A DNA stretch of 24,000 nucleotides from Pseudomonas mangiferae (GCF_007109405.1 NZ_VJOY01000005.1:103921-127920), one strand, 5' to 3'; numbered from the stretch's first letter, positions 1 to 8,484 are shown. Translations and numbers: made by a program. The notes: generated by a model not told the origin, from the letters alone.

Positions 1-1
1 G

Positions 2-517
2 CGCAGTATCTGGGGCCCGCCCGAGGGGTGCGAGGCGCTGCGCCGCCAGCTGCTGGCGGACGTGGCCGACAACAGCGCCTTCCAGCGCCTGCTGGCGGAG
101 AACGCCCTGCGCCAGCGGCCGCCGGTAGGGCGCTTCCGGGACTTCGTGGTGGCGCGCAAGGGCGCCGAGAAGGACACCCTGGACCTCAAGGTGCAGGGCC
201 TGACCCCCTTCGTCGACGGCGCCCGCCTGCTGGCCCTGGCCAACGGGGTGGACGCCGTGGGCACCCTGGAGCGCCTGCGGGCCCTGGTGGCGCGAGACGT
301 CATCGACGAAAAGGACGGCGCCGCCTACGCCGAGGCCTACCACTTCATCCAGCTCATCCGCATGCAGCAGCACCAGCAGCAGGCGCGCCAGGACCTGCCC
401 TACGGCAACCGCCTGGACCCGGACAGCCTCAACCACCTGGACCGGCGCATCCTCCGCGAATCCTTCCGCCAGGCCCAGCGCCTGCAGGGCAGCCTGGCGC
501 TGCGCTACCAGCTATGA
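2..517 (+). CDS. DUF294-type putative nucleotidyltransferase, C-terminal substrate-binding domain; 5' end lies outside the window
   Basis: Frame 2 is open from nt 2, and the 'M' at 62 in the ORF track is an internal GTG (Val). The translated tail (FQRLLAENALRQRPPVGRFRDFVV...KDTLDLKVQGLTPFVDGARLLAL...TLERL) matches my recollection of the DUF294_C domain of cNMP/CBS nucleotidyltransferase-like proteins. The TGA at 515-517 overlaps the next start (ATGA). Confidence 0.65.
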   Translation, partial: RSIWGPPEGCEALRRQLLADVADNSAFQRLLAENALRQRPPVGRFRDFVVARKGAEKDTLDLKVQGLTPFVDGARLLALANGVDAVGTLERLRALVARDVIDEKDGAAYAEAYHFIQLIRMQQHQQQARQDLPYGNRLDPDSLNHLDRRILRESFRQAQRLQGSLALRYQL

Positions 518-1230
518 CGCCGTTCCCCTGGCTGCCCCGGCGACGCCTGCGTGCGCCCCTCGACCCGGACCTGCTGCAGCGCCGCGCGCGCCTGCCGGCC
601 CCGGCGCCCTTCGCCGCGGCGCCGGCGGCCCGCCAGCGGCTGGTGGTGCTGGACCTGGAAACCAGCGGCCTGGACCTGCACCGCGACCAGGTGCTGTCCA
701 TCGGTGCGGTGGCCATCGAGGACGGCGCCGTCGACTTCGCCCAGCAGTTTGAGGCCACCCTGCGCCGCGACGGGCAGCGCGAGCCCGGCGCCAGCGTGCT
801 GATCCATGGCCTCGCTCCGAGTGCCCTGGCCGCCGGGGTGGCGCCAGCGGACGGGCTGCTGGCGTTCATGGAATTCCTCGGCGACAGCCCGCTGCTGGCG
901 TTCCATGCCGGCTTCGACCGGCACATGCTGGCGCGGGCGCTCAAGGACAGCCTCGACCTGCGCCTGGCGCACCCTTTCCTCGACGTGGCCGAGCTGGCGC
1001 CGCTGCTGTGCCCGGAAGCCGGCCTGGAGCGCGGCGCCCTGGACGACTGGGTGGCGCGCTTCGGCCTGCAGGTGCAGCAGCGCCACCACGCCAGCGCCGA
1101 CGCCCTGGTCACCGGCGAGCTGGCGCTGATCCTCTTCCACCGGGCCCGCCGCCAGGGGCTGGACGACCTCGCCGGGCTGGCCGACGCCTGTGCCCGGCGC
1201 CGCCGCCGGCAGCAGGCGCCGTCGTTCTGA
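514..1230 (+). CDS. DEDDh-family 3'-5' exonuclease (DNA polymerase III epsilon/DnaQ-like)
   Basis: ATG 514 overlaps the upstream stop (ATGA at 514-517). Three exonuclease motifs appear in the expected order: VVLDLETSGL (Exo I, DxE), LAFHAGFDRHML (Exo II) and HHASADAL (Exo III, H-x4-D). The part of ORF 28..1230 upstream of 514 is a Pro/Arg/Gly-rich read-through of the previous gene in another frame. Confidence 0.8.
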   Translation: MTPFPWLPRRRLRAPLDPDLLQRRARLPAPAPFAAAPAARQRLVVLDLETSGLDLHRDQVLSIGAVAIEDGAVDFAQQFEATLRRDGQREPGASVLIHGLAPSALAAGVAPADGLLAFMEFLGDSPLLAFHAGFDRHMLARALKDSLDLRLAHPFLDVAELAPLLCPEAGLERGALDDWVARFGLQVQQRHHASADALVTGELALILFHRARRQGLDDLAGLADACARRRRRQQAPSF

Positions 1231-1314
1231 AGCAGTCACCCCCTTCCCCGCGTTCCGCCTCGGCACGACCGGCCGACTGGCCGTGATTGCAGGCGGCCAT
1301 GCCTGTCTGAGATG

Positions 1315-1333
1315 ATGCTTGCGAATCATTCTC
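1315..1333 (+). promoter_or_regulatory. Possible Fur box upstream of the ECF sigma gene
   Basis: atgcttgcgAATCATTcTC matches the 19-nt Fur consensus GATAATGATAATCATTATC at 11/19 positions by hand. The right half matches 9/10 and the left half is poor. It sits about 30 nt upstream of the preferred sigma start, and FecI-type sigma genes are typically Fur-repressed. Confidence 0.3.
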
Positions 1334-1365
1334 GTTTTTCAGTGCATTCCTGTCCGGAGGCTGCC

Positions 1366-1884
1366 GTGTCAGCAGGGGAAACGCTCGATCATCGAGGCGT
1401 GGGCGCGCTCTATCGCGACCATCGCCCGTGGCTGCTCGCCTGGCTGCGCAAGAGCCTGCACTGCCCCCAGCGGGCCGAGGACCTCAGCCAGGACACCTTC
1501 CTGCGCCTGCTGAACCGGCAGGACCTGGCGACGCCGCGGGAACCCCGGGCCCTGCTCACCACCATCGCCCGTGGCCTGCTGGTGGATCACTTCCGCCGCA
1601 GCGCCCTGGAACGCAGCTATCTGGACGAACTGGCGCGGCAGCCAATCGCCGAGCAGCCGGACGTGGAAGAGCAGGCCCTGCTGCTGGAGGCGCTGGCGGA
1701 GATCGACCGGCTGCTGGGCAGCCTCTCGGCCCGGGCCCGGGCGGCCTTCCTCTACAACCGCCTGGACGGCCTCGGCCACGCCGAGATCGCCAGCCGCCTG
1801 GGGGTCTCGGTGCCACGGGTGCGCCAATACCTGGCCCAGGGCCTGCGCCAGTGCTACGTGGCCCTCTACGGGGAACCGCGGTGA
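1366..1884 (+). CDS. ECF sigma-70 factor, FecI-like iron-starvation type
   Basis: Region 2 (DLSQDTFLRLL) and region 4.2 HTH (HAEIASRLGVSVPRVRQYLAQGL) are recognisable. I prefer GTG 1366, which is preceded by GGAGG at 1356-1360. The track's ATG 1312 is an alternative start. The stop overlaps the anti-sigma start (GTGA at 1881-1884). Confidence 0.85.
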   Translation: MSAGETLDHRGVGALYRDHRPWLLAWLRKSLHCPQRAEDLSQDTFLRLLNRQDLATPREPRALLTTIARGLLVDHFRRSALERSYLDELARQPIAEQPDVEEQALLLEALAEIDRLLGSLSARARAAFLYNRLDGLGHAEIASRLGVSVPRVRQYLAQGLRQCYVALYGEPR

Positions 1885-2840
1885 ACGCCCTGCCGGTGTC
1901 GGCGCGGGTGCTGGACGAGGCCATCGGCTGGCGGCTGTGCCTGGACGCGGGCGATGCCGACGGCCAGGCCCAGGCGGACTTCGCCGCCTGGCACGCGGCC
2001 CACCCGGAACACGCCCGGGCCTGGGCGCAACTGGCCGGCCTGGACCGCCAGCTGGCGCCGGCCAGCGCCGCTCCGGCCCGACGCGCGCTGCTGCGGGCGC
2101 GGCCGATGGCGCGTCACCTGCGGATCGGCGGCGGCCTGCTCGGGGTGCTGCTGGTGGGCGTGCTGAGCCTGGGCCTGCTGGAGCGCCAGCGGCCCCTGAG
2201 CGACTGGCTGGCCGATGAACTCACCCTGGGCGGCGAACAGCGCGAGCTGCGCCTGCCGGACCAGACCCGGGTGCGCCTGAACAGCCGCAGCGCCCTGGAC
2301 GTGCGCTTCGACGCACAGCAGCGGCGGATCGTCCTGCGCAGCGGCGAGATCCTGGTGGAGACCGCCCATGGCGACGACCGCCCGTTCATCGTCGCCACCG
2401 CGGACGGCGACCTGCGGGCCCTGGGCACGCGTTTCCTGGTGCGCCGCGAGGCCGACGGCACGCGCCTGACGGTGCTGCAATCGGCGGTGGCGGCGCGCCC
2501 GGCGGCCGGTGGCGACGCGCGCATCGTCACCGCCGACCACCAGGTGCTGATGCACGCCGACCGCCTGGAGGCCAGCCACGCCGCGCCGGTGGGCGCCGAC
2601 GCCTGGAGCCGCGGCATGCTGGTGGTGGAGAACCGGCGCCTGGGCGACCTGCTGGCGACCCTGGGGGAATACCGCGCCGGCCTCCTCGGCGCCGACCCGG
2701 CGGTGGCCGACCTGCGCATCAGCGGCAGCTTCCCGCTGTACGACAGCGACCGCGCCCTGGCCGCGCTGCCGCCGAGCCTGCCGGTGCGCATAGAGCGCCA
2801 CACCGACTGGTGGGTGCGGGTGCGGCCGGCCCAGCCCTGA
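1881..2840 (+). CDS. FecR-family transmembrane anti-sigma factor / sensor
   Basis: GTG 1881 overlaps the sigma stop. The N-terminal cytoplasmic sigma-binding segment (EAIGWRLCL...FAAWHAAHPEHARAW) is followed by a single TM helix (GGGLLGVLLVGVLSLGLL). A periplasmic FecR domain follows (LRLPDQTRVRLNSRSALDV...RIVLRSGEILVET). The position between an ECF sigma and a TonB transducer supports the call. Confidence 0.85.
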   Translation: MNALPVSARVLDEAIGWRLCLDAGDADGQAQADFAAWHAAHPEHARAWAQLAGLDRQLAPASAAPARRALLRARPMARHLRIGGGLLGVLLVGVLSLGLLERQRPLSDWLADELTLGGEQRELRLPDQTRVRLNSRSALDVRFDAQQRRIVLRSGEILVETAHGDDRPFIVATADGDLRALGTRFLVRREADGTRLTVLQSAVAARPAAGGDARIVTADHQVLMHADRLEASHAAPVGADAWSRGMLVVENRRLGDLLATLGEYRAGLLGADPAVADLRISGSFPLYDSDRALAALPPSLPVRIERHTDWWVRVRPAQP

Positions 2841-2850
2841 GGGCGCGAAC

Positions 2851-2880
2851 GGGGCCGGCGAAAAAAATATCGCCGGCCCC
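2851..2880 (+). terminator. Perfect 10-bp GC hairpin between the anti-sigma and receptor genes (possible terminator/attenuator)
   Basis: GGGGCCGGCG (2851-2860) pairs perfectly with CGCCGGCCCC (2871-2880). The loop is 10 nt, aaaaaaatat. It lies 11 nt after the fecR-like stop. The downstream sequence CTATCACTTT is only weakly T-rich, so intrinsic-terminator function is uncertain. Confidence 0.4.
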
Positions 2881-2908
2881 CTATCACTTTCGCGCCGTGC
2901 TTCGGCAA

Positions 2909-2933
2909 GGGAATGACCGAACCATTTCCGTCC
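2909..2933 (+). promoter_or_regulatory. Candidate ECF (FecI-type) promoter for the receptor gene
   Basis: A GGGAAT element (2909-2914) is followed 14-16 nt later by CGTCC (2929-2933). This resembles the GGAAT / CGTC-like -35/-10 pattern of ECF-dependent receptor promoters. The position is right, but the match is short. Confidence 0.3.
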
Positions 2934-2953
2934 GCTCCGGAGTTCCACCGTCC

Positions 2954-5362
2954 ATGTCCATGCCGCTCAGTTCCCTGTTCCGCCCGCGCCTGATGGCCGT
3001 CGCCGTTGCCCTGGTCGCCCAGCTGCCGCTCCACGCCCACGCCGAGCGCTACCAGCTGCCAGCGGCGCCCCTGGCCGCCACCCTGAACCGCATCGCCAGC
3101 GACGCGGGGATCGCCCTGAGCATCGACCCGGCCCTCACCGCCGGCAAGACCGCGCGCCCGGTCCAAGGCGAGTACGAACCCGCCGGCGCCCTGCGCGCCG
3201 CGCTGGCCGGCAGCGGCCTGCAACTGGTGCGCGGCGACGCCGGCAGCTACAGCCTGGCGGCCCTGCCGGCCGAAGGCGATGCCCTGGCACTGCCGGACGT
3301 GAACGTCGACGCCCGGGCCAGCGTCGAGGACGGCAGCGAGGAAGCCGGCTACCGCAGCGAGAACGTGAAGAACGTCGGCGCCCTGGGCGGCATGCGCCTG
3401 CAGGACACCCCTTACTCGGTGAGCGTGGTGCCCCACGAGTACCTGCAGAACATCCAGGCCACCACCATGGACGACGTGTTCAAGCGCAACCCCTTTACCC
3501 AGGTCTACAGCCCCACCGGGGCCGGCTACGCCAGTGCGGTGAGCATTCGCGGCTTCGCCAGCGCCGGCAACCTGAACATCGCCAACGACGGCCTGCGCTT
3601 CACCACCGCGGCGGACGGCGGCAACTACCTGGAGGAAATGCAGCAGTTGGAAGTGGTCACCGGCCTCACCGGCTTCCTCTACGGCCCGGCCTCGCCCGGC
3701 GGGCTGGTCAACTACGTGCTCAAGCGGCCCACCTACGAGCGCTACAACAGCGTCACCCTGGGCAACGCCGGCGGCGAGAACTATTACCTGCACGGCGACT
3801 TCGGCGGCCCCCTCGACGAGGCCAAGCGCTTCGCCTACCGGGTCAACGTGCTGGCCCAGGACGGCGAGACCGCCATCGACCTGCAGAAGCGCCGCCGCGA
3901 GATGATCAGCGCGGCCCTGGACTGGAACGTCACCGACGACCTGCTGGTGCAGTTCGACGCGTCCCACAAGAAGACCCGGATGCGCGGCCTGACCAGCTAC
4001 TGGTACATCCCCGACGGCAGCATGCGCCCGGATGCCTCGTCCCTGGACAACGACCGCCTGTACAGCCAGAAATGGGCCTTCTCCGACGACGAAAACGACC
4101 GCGTCGGCACCCGCGCCACCTGGCGCCTGAACGACGTCTTCAGCCTGCGCGGCGCCTTCTCCGCCACCGAGTTCACCTCGGAGTACACCTACACCGGCCC
4201 GAGCATCTACACCCCGGGCCGCTACGTGCAGGAGCTGTATGCCTTCGCCCCGGAGGACCACGAGGAGAAGTCCGGCTACCTGTTCCTCGACGCCGCCTTC
4301 GACACCGGGCCCCTGGGCCACAAGTTGACCCTGGGCTACCAGGGCAACACCGCGCGCACCAAGCAGCACATCGACAACGTGCCGTACCCCGGCCCGCAGT
4401 ACCAGTCGGTGGTGGGCAGCATCCCCCTGGACGAGACACCCCAGGTGGACAAGCCGGCCTATTCCATCGGCGACCGCTCCCGGCGCCTGGGCTCCACCAG
4501 CGAGTCCAACAACTACCTGATCGGCGACGTCATCACCCTCAACGAGCAGTGGTCGACGATCCTCGGGGTCACCCACACCCAGATCAAGAGCTACAGCAAC
4601 GACTTCGTCTACGCCACCGCCTTCGGCTACGACGAGACCGCCACCCGTTACGACAAGTCCGAGACCTCCCCCAATGTCTCCCTGGTGTTCAAGCCGCTGC
4701 CCTGGCTGACCACCTACGCCACCTACATCGAAGGCCTGCAGGCCGGCGGCAGCGCGCCCAGCACGGCGATCAACCGCGGCGTGGCCCTGGAGCCCCAGGT
4801 CAGCGAGCAGTACGAGATCGGCGCCAAGGCGACCGTCGGCGAGACCCTGCTGACCCTGGCGCTGTTCAACATCGAGAAACCCAACAGCTACGTGAACGGC
4901 GCCAACCTCTATGTCCAGGACGGGCGCCAGGAGAACAACGGCCTGGAGTTCAGCGTCACCGGCAAGGTGCTGCCGCAGCTGACCCTGATGGGCGGCGTGA
5001 CCCTGCTGGACCCGCAGATCAAGAAGACCCGCCTGGCTGCCAACGAGGGCAACAAGCCCAACAACACCGCTTCGCAGCTGGCCAAGCTGTACGGCGAGTA
5101 CGAACTGGGCGCGGTGCCCGGCCTGGCCCTCACCGGCGGCGCCTACTACACCGGCAAGCAGTACGTGGACGAGGCCAACAGCGCCAGCCTGCCTTCCTTC
5201 ACCGTGTTCGACGCCGGTGCCCGCTATCGCACCCGGGTGGCCGAGAACCAGGTGACCCTGCGGGTCAACGTCAACAACCTCACCGACAAGGCCTACTGGC
5301 TGAACAGTTCCTACCTGGGCGAGCCGCGCAGCGTGGCGTTCTCCGCCCAGCTGGAATTCTGA
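2954..5362 (+). CDS. TonB-dependent siderophore receptor with N-terminal signalling (STN) domain (transducer type)
   Basis: Start at ATG 2954 gives a signal peptide (MSMPLSSLFRPRLMAVAVALVAQLPLHAHA). An STN/secretin-like domain follows (YQLPAAPLAATLNRIASDAGIALSIDPALTAGKTARPVQGEY...LQLV). A plug domain is present (TPYSVSVV...VSIRGF), followed by a long beta-barrel ending in the typical aromatic terminus ...AFSAQLEF. The ORF track's 2810 start lies in the intergenic hairpin/promoter region. Confidence 0.9.
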   Translation: MSMPLSSLFRPRLMAVAVALVAQLPLHAHAERYQLPAAPLAATLNRIASDAGIALSIDPALTAGKTARPVQGEYEPAGALRAALAGSGLQLVRGDAGSYSLAALPAEGDALALPDVNVDARASVEDGSEEAGYRSENVKNVGALGGMRLQDTPYSVSVVPHEYLQNIQATTMDDVFKRNPFTQVYSPTGAGYASAVSIRGFASAGNLNIANDGLRFTTAADGGNYLEEMQQLEVVTGLTGFLYGPASPGGLVNYVLKRPTYERYNSVTLGNAGGENYYLHGDFGGPLDEAKRFAYRVNVLAQDGETAIDLQKRRREMISAALDWNVTDDLLVQFDASHKKTRMRGLTSYWYIPDGSMRPDASSLDNDRLYSQKWAFSDDENDRVGTRATWRLNDVFSLRGAFSATEFTSEYTYTGPSIYTPGRYVQELYAFAPEDHEEKSGYLFLDAAFDTGPLGHKLTLGYQGNTARTKQHIDNVPYPGPQYQSVVGSIPLDETPQVDKPAYSIGDRSRRLGSTSESNNYLIGDVITLNEQWSTILGVTHTQIKSYSNDFVYATAFGYDETATRYDKSETSPNVSLVFKPLPWLTTYATYIEGLQAGGSAPSTAINRGVALEPQVSEQYEIGAKATVGETLLTLALFNIEKPNSYVNGANLYVQDGRQENNGLEFSVTGKVLPQLTLMGGVTLLDPQIKKTRLAANEGNKPNNTASQLAKLYGEYELGAVPGLALTGGAYYTGKQYVDEANSASLPSFTVFDAGARYRTRVAENQVTLRVNVNNLTDKAYWLNSSYLGEPRSVAFSAQLEF

Positions 5363-5402
5363 GGCCCAGGGTCCCGGCCGCACGCCGGGGCCCGTTCCGC
5401 CG

Positions 5403-6506
5403 ATGAAGGCATCCACCATTCGCCGCTGGTCCGCGGTGCACACCTGGAGCAGCCTGGTGTGCACGCTGTTCCTGCTGATGCTGGCCCTCACCGGGCTGCC
5501 GCTGATCTTCCACCACGAGATCGACCACCTGCTGGGAGACGCCCCGCAATTGCGGGACCTGCCGGCGGGCACGCCTTCCCTGGAGCTGCAGGCCCTGGTC
5601 CGCGCCGCCGAGGCGCACCGGCCCGGCGAGGTGCTGCAGTACCTGGGCTGGGACGACGACGAGCCCCACGCGGTGCTGGCCATCACCGCCGCCCGGGCCG
5701 ACACCGAGCCCAACGCCTCCCACACCTTCATGCTCGACGGGTGCACCGGCGAGGTCCTGCCGATGCCGTCGGCCAACGGCGGGCCGATGCTGTTCATCCT
5801 GCGCCTGCACGTGGACCTGTTCGCCGGGCTGCCGGGCAAGCTGCTGCTGGCGGCCATGGGCGTGCTGTTCGCCGTCGCCCTGGTGTCCGGCACCGTCCTC
5901 TACGCGCCGTTCATGCGCCGCCTGGCGTTCGGCACGGTGCGCGAAACCAAGCCGCGCACGCGCTGGCTGGACCTGCACAACCTGATCGGCATCGTCACCC
6001 TGACCTGGGCGCTGGTGGTGGGCATCACCGGGGTGTTCAGCGCCTGCGCCGACCTGCTGATCGACGCCTGGCGCAACGACACCCTGGCGGCCCTGGTGGC
6101 GCCCTACCGCGACCTGCCGCCGCCCAGCCGCCACGCCCCGGCCGACCGCCTGCCGGCCATCGCCGGCGAGGCCGCGCCGGGCATGCGCCCGGACTTCATC
6201 GCCTTCCCCGGCACGCGCTTCTCCAGCGGCCACCACTACACGGTGTTCATGAAGGGTGGCACGCCCCTCACCTCGCACCTGTGGACGCCGGTGCTGATCG
6301 ACGCCCGCGACCTGGCAGTGACCGCGGTGGGCCAGCGGCCCTGGTACATGGATGTGCTGTCCATGTCCCAGCCGCTGCACTTCGGCGACTACGGCGGGAT
6401 GCCGATGAAGGTGCTCTGGGCGCTGCTGGATGTGCTCACCCTGGTGGTGCTGGGCAGCGGCCTGTACCTGTGGTGGGTGCGCCGCGCCGCGCGGAGGGCG
6501 GCATGA
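5403..6506 (+). CDS. PepSY-associated TM-helix protein (PiuB/FoxB-like putative siderophore-interacting membrane reductase)
   Basis: The N-terminus WSAVHTWSSLVCTLFLLMLALTGLPLIFHHEIDHLL is the characteristic PepSY_TM start. Several TM segments with conserved His follow (LHVDLF, LHNLIGI, PLHFGDYGG). The position directly downstream of a TonB receptor supports the call. Confidence 0.85.
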   Translation: MKASTIRRWSAVHTWSSLVCTLFLLMLALTGLPLIFHHEIDHLLGDAPQLRDLPAGTPSLELQALVRAAEAHRPGEVLQYLGWDDDEPHAVLAITAARADTEPNASHTFMLDGCTGEVLPMPSANGGPMLFILRLHVDLFAGLPGKLLLAAMGVLFAVALVSGTVLYAPFMRRLAFGTVRETKPRTRWLDLHNLIGIVTLTWALVVGITGVFSACADLLIDAWRNDTLAALVAPYRDLPPPSRHAPADRLPAIAGEAAPGMRPDFIAFPGTRFSSGHHYTVFMKGGTPLTSHLWTPVLIDARDLAVTAVGQRPWYMDVLSMSQPLHFGDYGGMPMKVLWALLDVLTLVVLGSGLYLWWVRRAARRAA

Positions 6507-6691
6507 GCCGCCGCGCCCTGCCCTACCGCCGGGTATTCGCGGTGCCGGCGGCGATCGCCCTGCTCAGCGCCGCGGGGCTCGGCGCCGCCCTGCTGGGAGA
6601 CGGCCTGTGGGACGCCTGCGCCTGGCTCGGCCTGGGCGTGCCCTGCCTGCTGGGGGGCTGGCCCCTGCTGCGCCGCCGGCCCCGGGGCTGA
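6503..6691 (+). CDS. Small (62 aa) two-TM membrane protein, translationally coupled to the PepSY gene
   Basis: ATG 6503 overlaps the upstream TGA (ATGA) and is preceded by GGAGGG (6494-6499). The product has two hydrophobic helices flanked by Arg-rich ends. I recognise no family, so the coding call rests on coupling and hydrophobicity. Confidence 0.5.
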   Translation: MSRRALPYRRVFAVPAAIALLSAAGLGAALLGDGLWDACAWLGLGVPCLLGGWPLLRRRPRG

Positions 6692-6753
6692 GAAGGCGAA
6701 CCGGCACGGCGCCGCGGCAGTCCATAGGCCCATGCCTCTGCGGGAGCCGCCCC

Positions 6754-7707
6754 ATGTTCCGAGCCATCGCCCTGTGCCTGTTCACCCTGCTGGCCAGCCA
6801 GCCCCTCCGGGCCGACGAGGTCCGTTACTACCCGTTGCCTGAGGGCAGCCACCCGGGCGCGGTGGCGCCCGGCTCCGACGGCCGGGTCTGGTTCACCCTG
6901 CCCGGCCAGGGCGCCCTGGGCCGCCTCGACCCGCAGACCGGCCAGGTCGAGCAAGTGCCCCTGGGCCCCGGCGCCCAGCCCGAGGACGTGCTGGTGACCA
7001 CCGACGGCGCCGCCTGGGTGGCCGATCGCGGGCTCAACGCCCTGTTGCGGGTCGACCCGCTGCGCCTGGGCGTGGAGATCTTCAAGCTGCCCGCCGAGGC
7101 CGCGGACGCCGGCCTCGCGGCCCTGGCGCGGGATCACGACGGGCGCCTGTGGTTCACCGGCACCCGCGGCTGGTACGGGCGCTTCGACCCCGCCCATGGG
7201 CAGTTCAAGGTATGGCCGGCCGCCGAGGGCGAAGGGCCCCAGGGGATCACCGTGACCCCGGCCGGGGATGTCTGGTACGCCAACCCGCGGGCCCATGCCC
7301 TGGTCCGCGTCAACCCGGCCGCCGGCCTCGCCGAGACCCTGCCGGCCGCCCACCCGCAGCAGTCGCCCCAGCGGGTCTGGAGCGACGCCCAGGGCAAGCT
7401 CTGGGTGAGCGCCGCCGACGGCGACAGCCTCGGCCACTACGACCCGCTGGCCCGGGAATGGCGCGAATGGCCGCTGCCCGACGGCGCCACCGCGCGGCCC
7501 CATGCGGTGTACGTCGACGAGCAGGACCGCATCTGGCTGAGCGACCGGGCGGGCAACGCGCTGCTGCGCTTCAACCCGTTCGGCCACGACTTCACCCCCT
7601 TCGCCAGTGACCGGCCCGGCGCCGATGTGCGACAGTTGCGCGGCCGCGTCGGCGAAGTCTGGGGCGCGGAAACCGGCCACGACCGCCTGGTCGTCATCCG
7701 CTACTGA
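6754..7707 (+). CDS. Exported Vgb (virginiamycin B lyase)-like seven-bladed beta-propeller protein
   Basis: ATG 6754 is preceded by GGGAG (6742-6746). The signal peptide is MFRAIALCLFTLLASQPLRA/DE. Seven repeats carry a G-x-hW-h-hydrophilic pattern: GRVWFT, GAAWVAD, GRLWFTG, GDVWYAN, GKLWVSA, DRIWLSD and GEVWGAE. Each is followed by ..L.R.DP/NP, as in the Vgb/streptogramin lyase family. Confidence 0.7.
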   Translation: MFRAIALCLFTLLASQPLRADEVRYYPLPEGSHPGAVAPGSDGRVWFTLPGQGALGRLDPQTGQVEQVPLGPGAQPEDVLVTTDGAAWVADRGLNALLRVDPLRLGVEIFKLPAEAADAGLAALARDHDGRLWFTGTRGWYGRFDPAHGQFKVWPAAEGEGPQGITVTPAGDVWYANPRAHALVRVNPAAGLAETLPAAHPQQSPQRVWSDAQGKLWVSAADGDSLGHYDPLAREWREWPLPDGATARPHAVYVDEQDRIWLSDRAGNALLRFNPFGHDFTPFASDRPGADVRQLRGRVGEVWGAETGHDRLVVIRY

Positions 7708-7734
7708 GCGCCGCCACACCCGCCGAGGACTCCC

Positions 7735-8358
7735 ATGAGCCTGACTCTGTTCCACTCCCCCTATTCCCCGTTCGTGCGCAAGGTGCGGGTGCTGTTGCAC
7801 GAGACCCATCAGCAGGAGCGGGTGACGCTGCAGCCGGTGCAACTGACCCCGGTGGAGCCCAGCGACGACCTCAACCAGCACAACCCGGCCGGGAAGATCC
7901 CCGCGCTGCGCCTGGAAGACGGCAGCGTGCTGCACGACAGCCGGGTGATCCTCGACTACCTGGACCAGCAGCACACCGGCGAGCCGCTGATCCCCCGGGA
8001 AGGCCCGGCCCGCTGGCGCGCGCTGACCCTCGCCTCCCTGGCCGACGCGGTGATGGACGCCAGCGTGCTGCTGCGCTACGAACAGTTCCTGCGCCCGGAG
8101 GACAAGCGCTGGGACGGCTGGCAGAACGCCCAGCTGGAAAAGATCGATCGCGGCCTGGGTTACCTGGAGCGGGACGGCGTCGACGAGCTGGCCAGCCGCT
8201 TCGACGTGGCCGCCATCGGCGCCGCCTGCGCCCTGGGCTATCTGGACCTGCGTCATCCGGACTACGCCTGGCGCCCGCGCTTCCCGCGCCTGGCGCACTG
8301 GTACGCCCAGGCCAGCCAACGGCCGTCCATGGTGGACAGCGCCCCGCCGCCGGCCTGA
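7735..8358 (+). CDS. Glutathione S-transferase family protein
   Basis: GAGGA lies upstream of ATG 7735. The N-terminal thioredoxin-like fold is present (LFHSPYSPFVRKVRVLL...NPAGKIPALRLEDGSVLHDSRVILDYL). A helical C-terminal domain follows. Confidence 0.85.
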   Translation: MSLTLFHSPYSPFVRKVRVLLHETHQQERVTLQPVQLTPVEPSDDLNQHNPAGKIPALRLEDGSVLHDSRVILDYLDQQHTGEPLIPREGPARWRALTLASLADAVMDASVLLRYEQFLRPEDKRWDGWQNAQLEKIDRGLGYLERDGVDELASRFDVAAIGAACALGYLDLRHPDYAWRPRFPRLAHWYAQASQRPSMVDSAPPPA

Positions 8359-8484
8359 CCGCTCACCCACCGCGGCTCACCGTCGCCTGCTGCCGCGGCG
8401 GCGGGCGCGGCGGGAACAGCCGGGCGATCCGCCACGCCAGGCGGCGCCCCTCCTGGGAATCCTCACGCAGGCCGATCCGCCCGC

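Noticed and set aside
28-513. 5' extension of the exonuclease ORF (track ORF 28..1230) and other overlapping Pro/Arg-rich frames in 1-1330
   Set aside because: The extension is an alternative frame of the DUF294 gene and is Pro/Ala/Gly/Arg-rich. ATG 514 forms an ATGA overlap with the upstream stop and begins just before the Exo I motif at a normal distance.
2114-5893. 1259-aa ORF on the minus strand spanning the FecR, receptor and PepSY genes
   Set aside because: This is a mirror-frame artefact of very GC-rich DNA. The translation is dominated by Ala/Gly/Arg/Val/Pro runs with no recognisable domain. The plus strand encodes three proteins with clear family motifs and sensible starts.
6523-8370. 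615-aa minus-strand ORF opposite the Vgb-like and GST genes
   Set aside because: Same GC-driven antisense artefact: low-complexity Arg/Gly/Ala/Pro composition, no motifs, and complete overlap with well-supported plus-strand genes.
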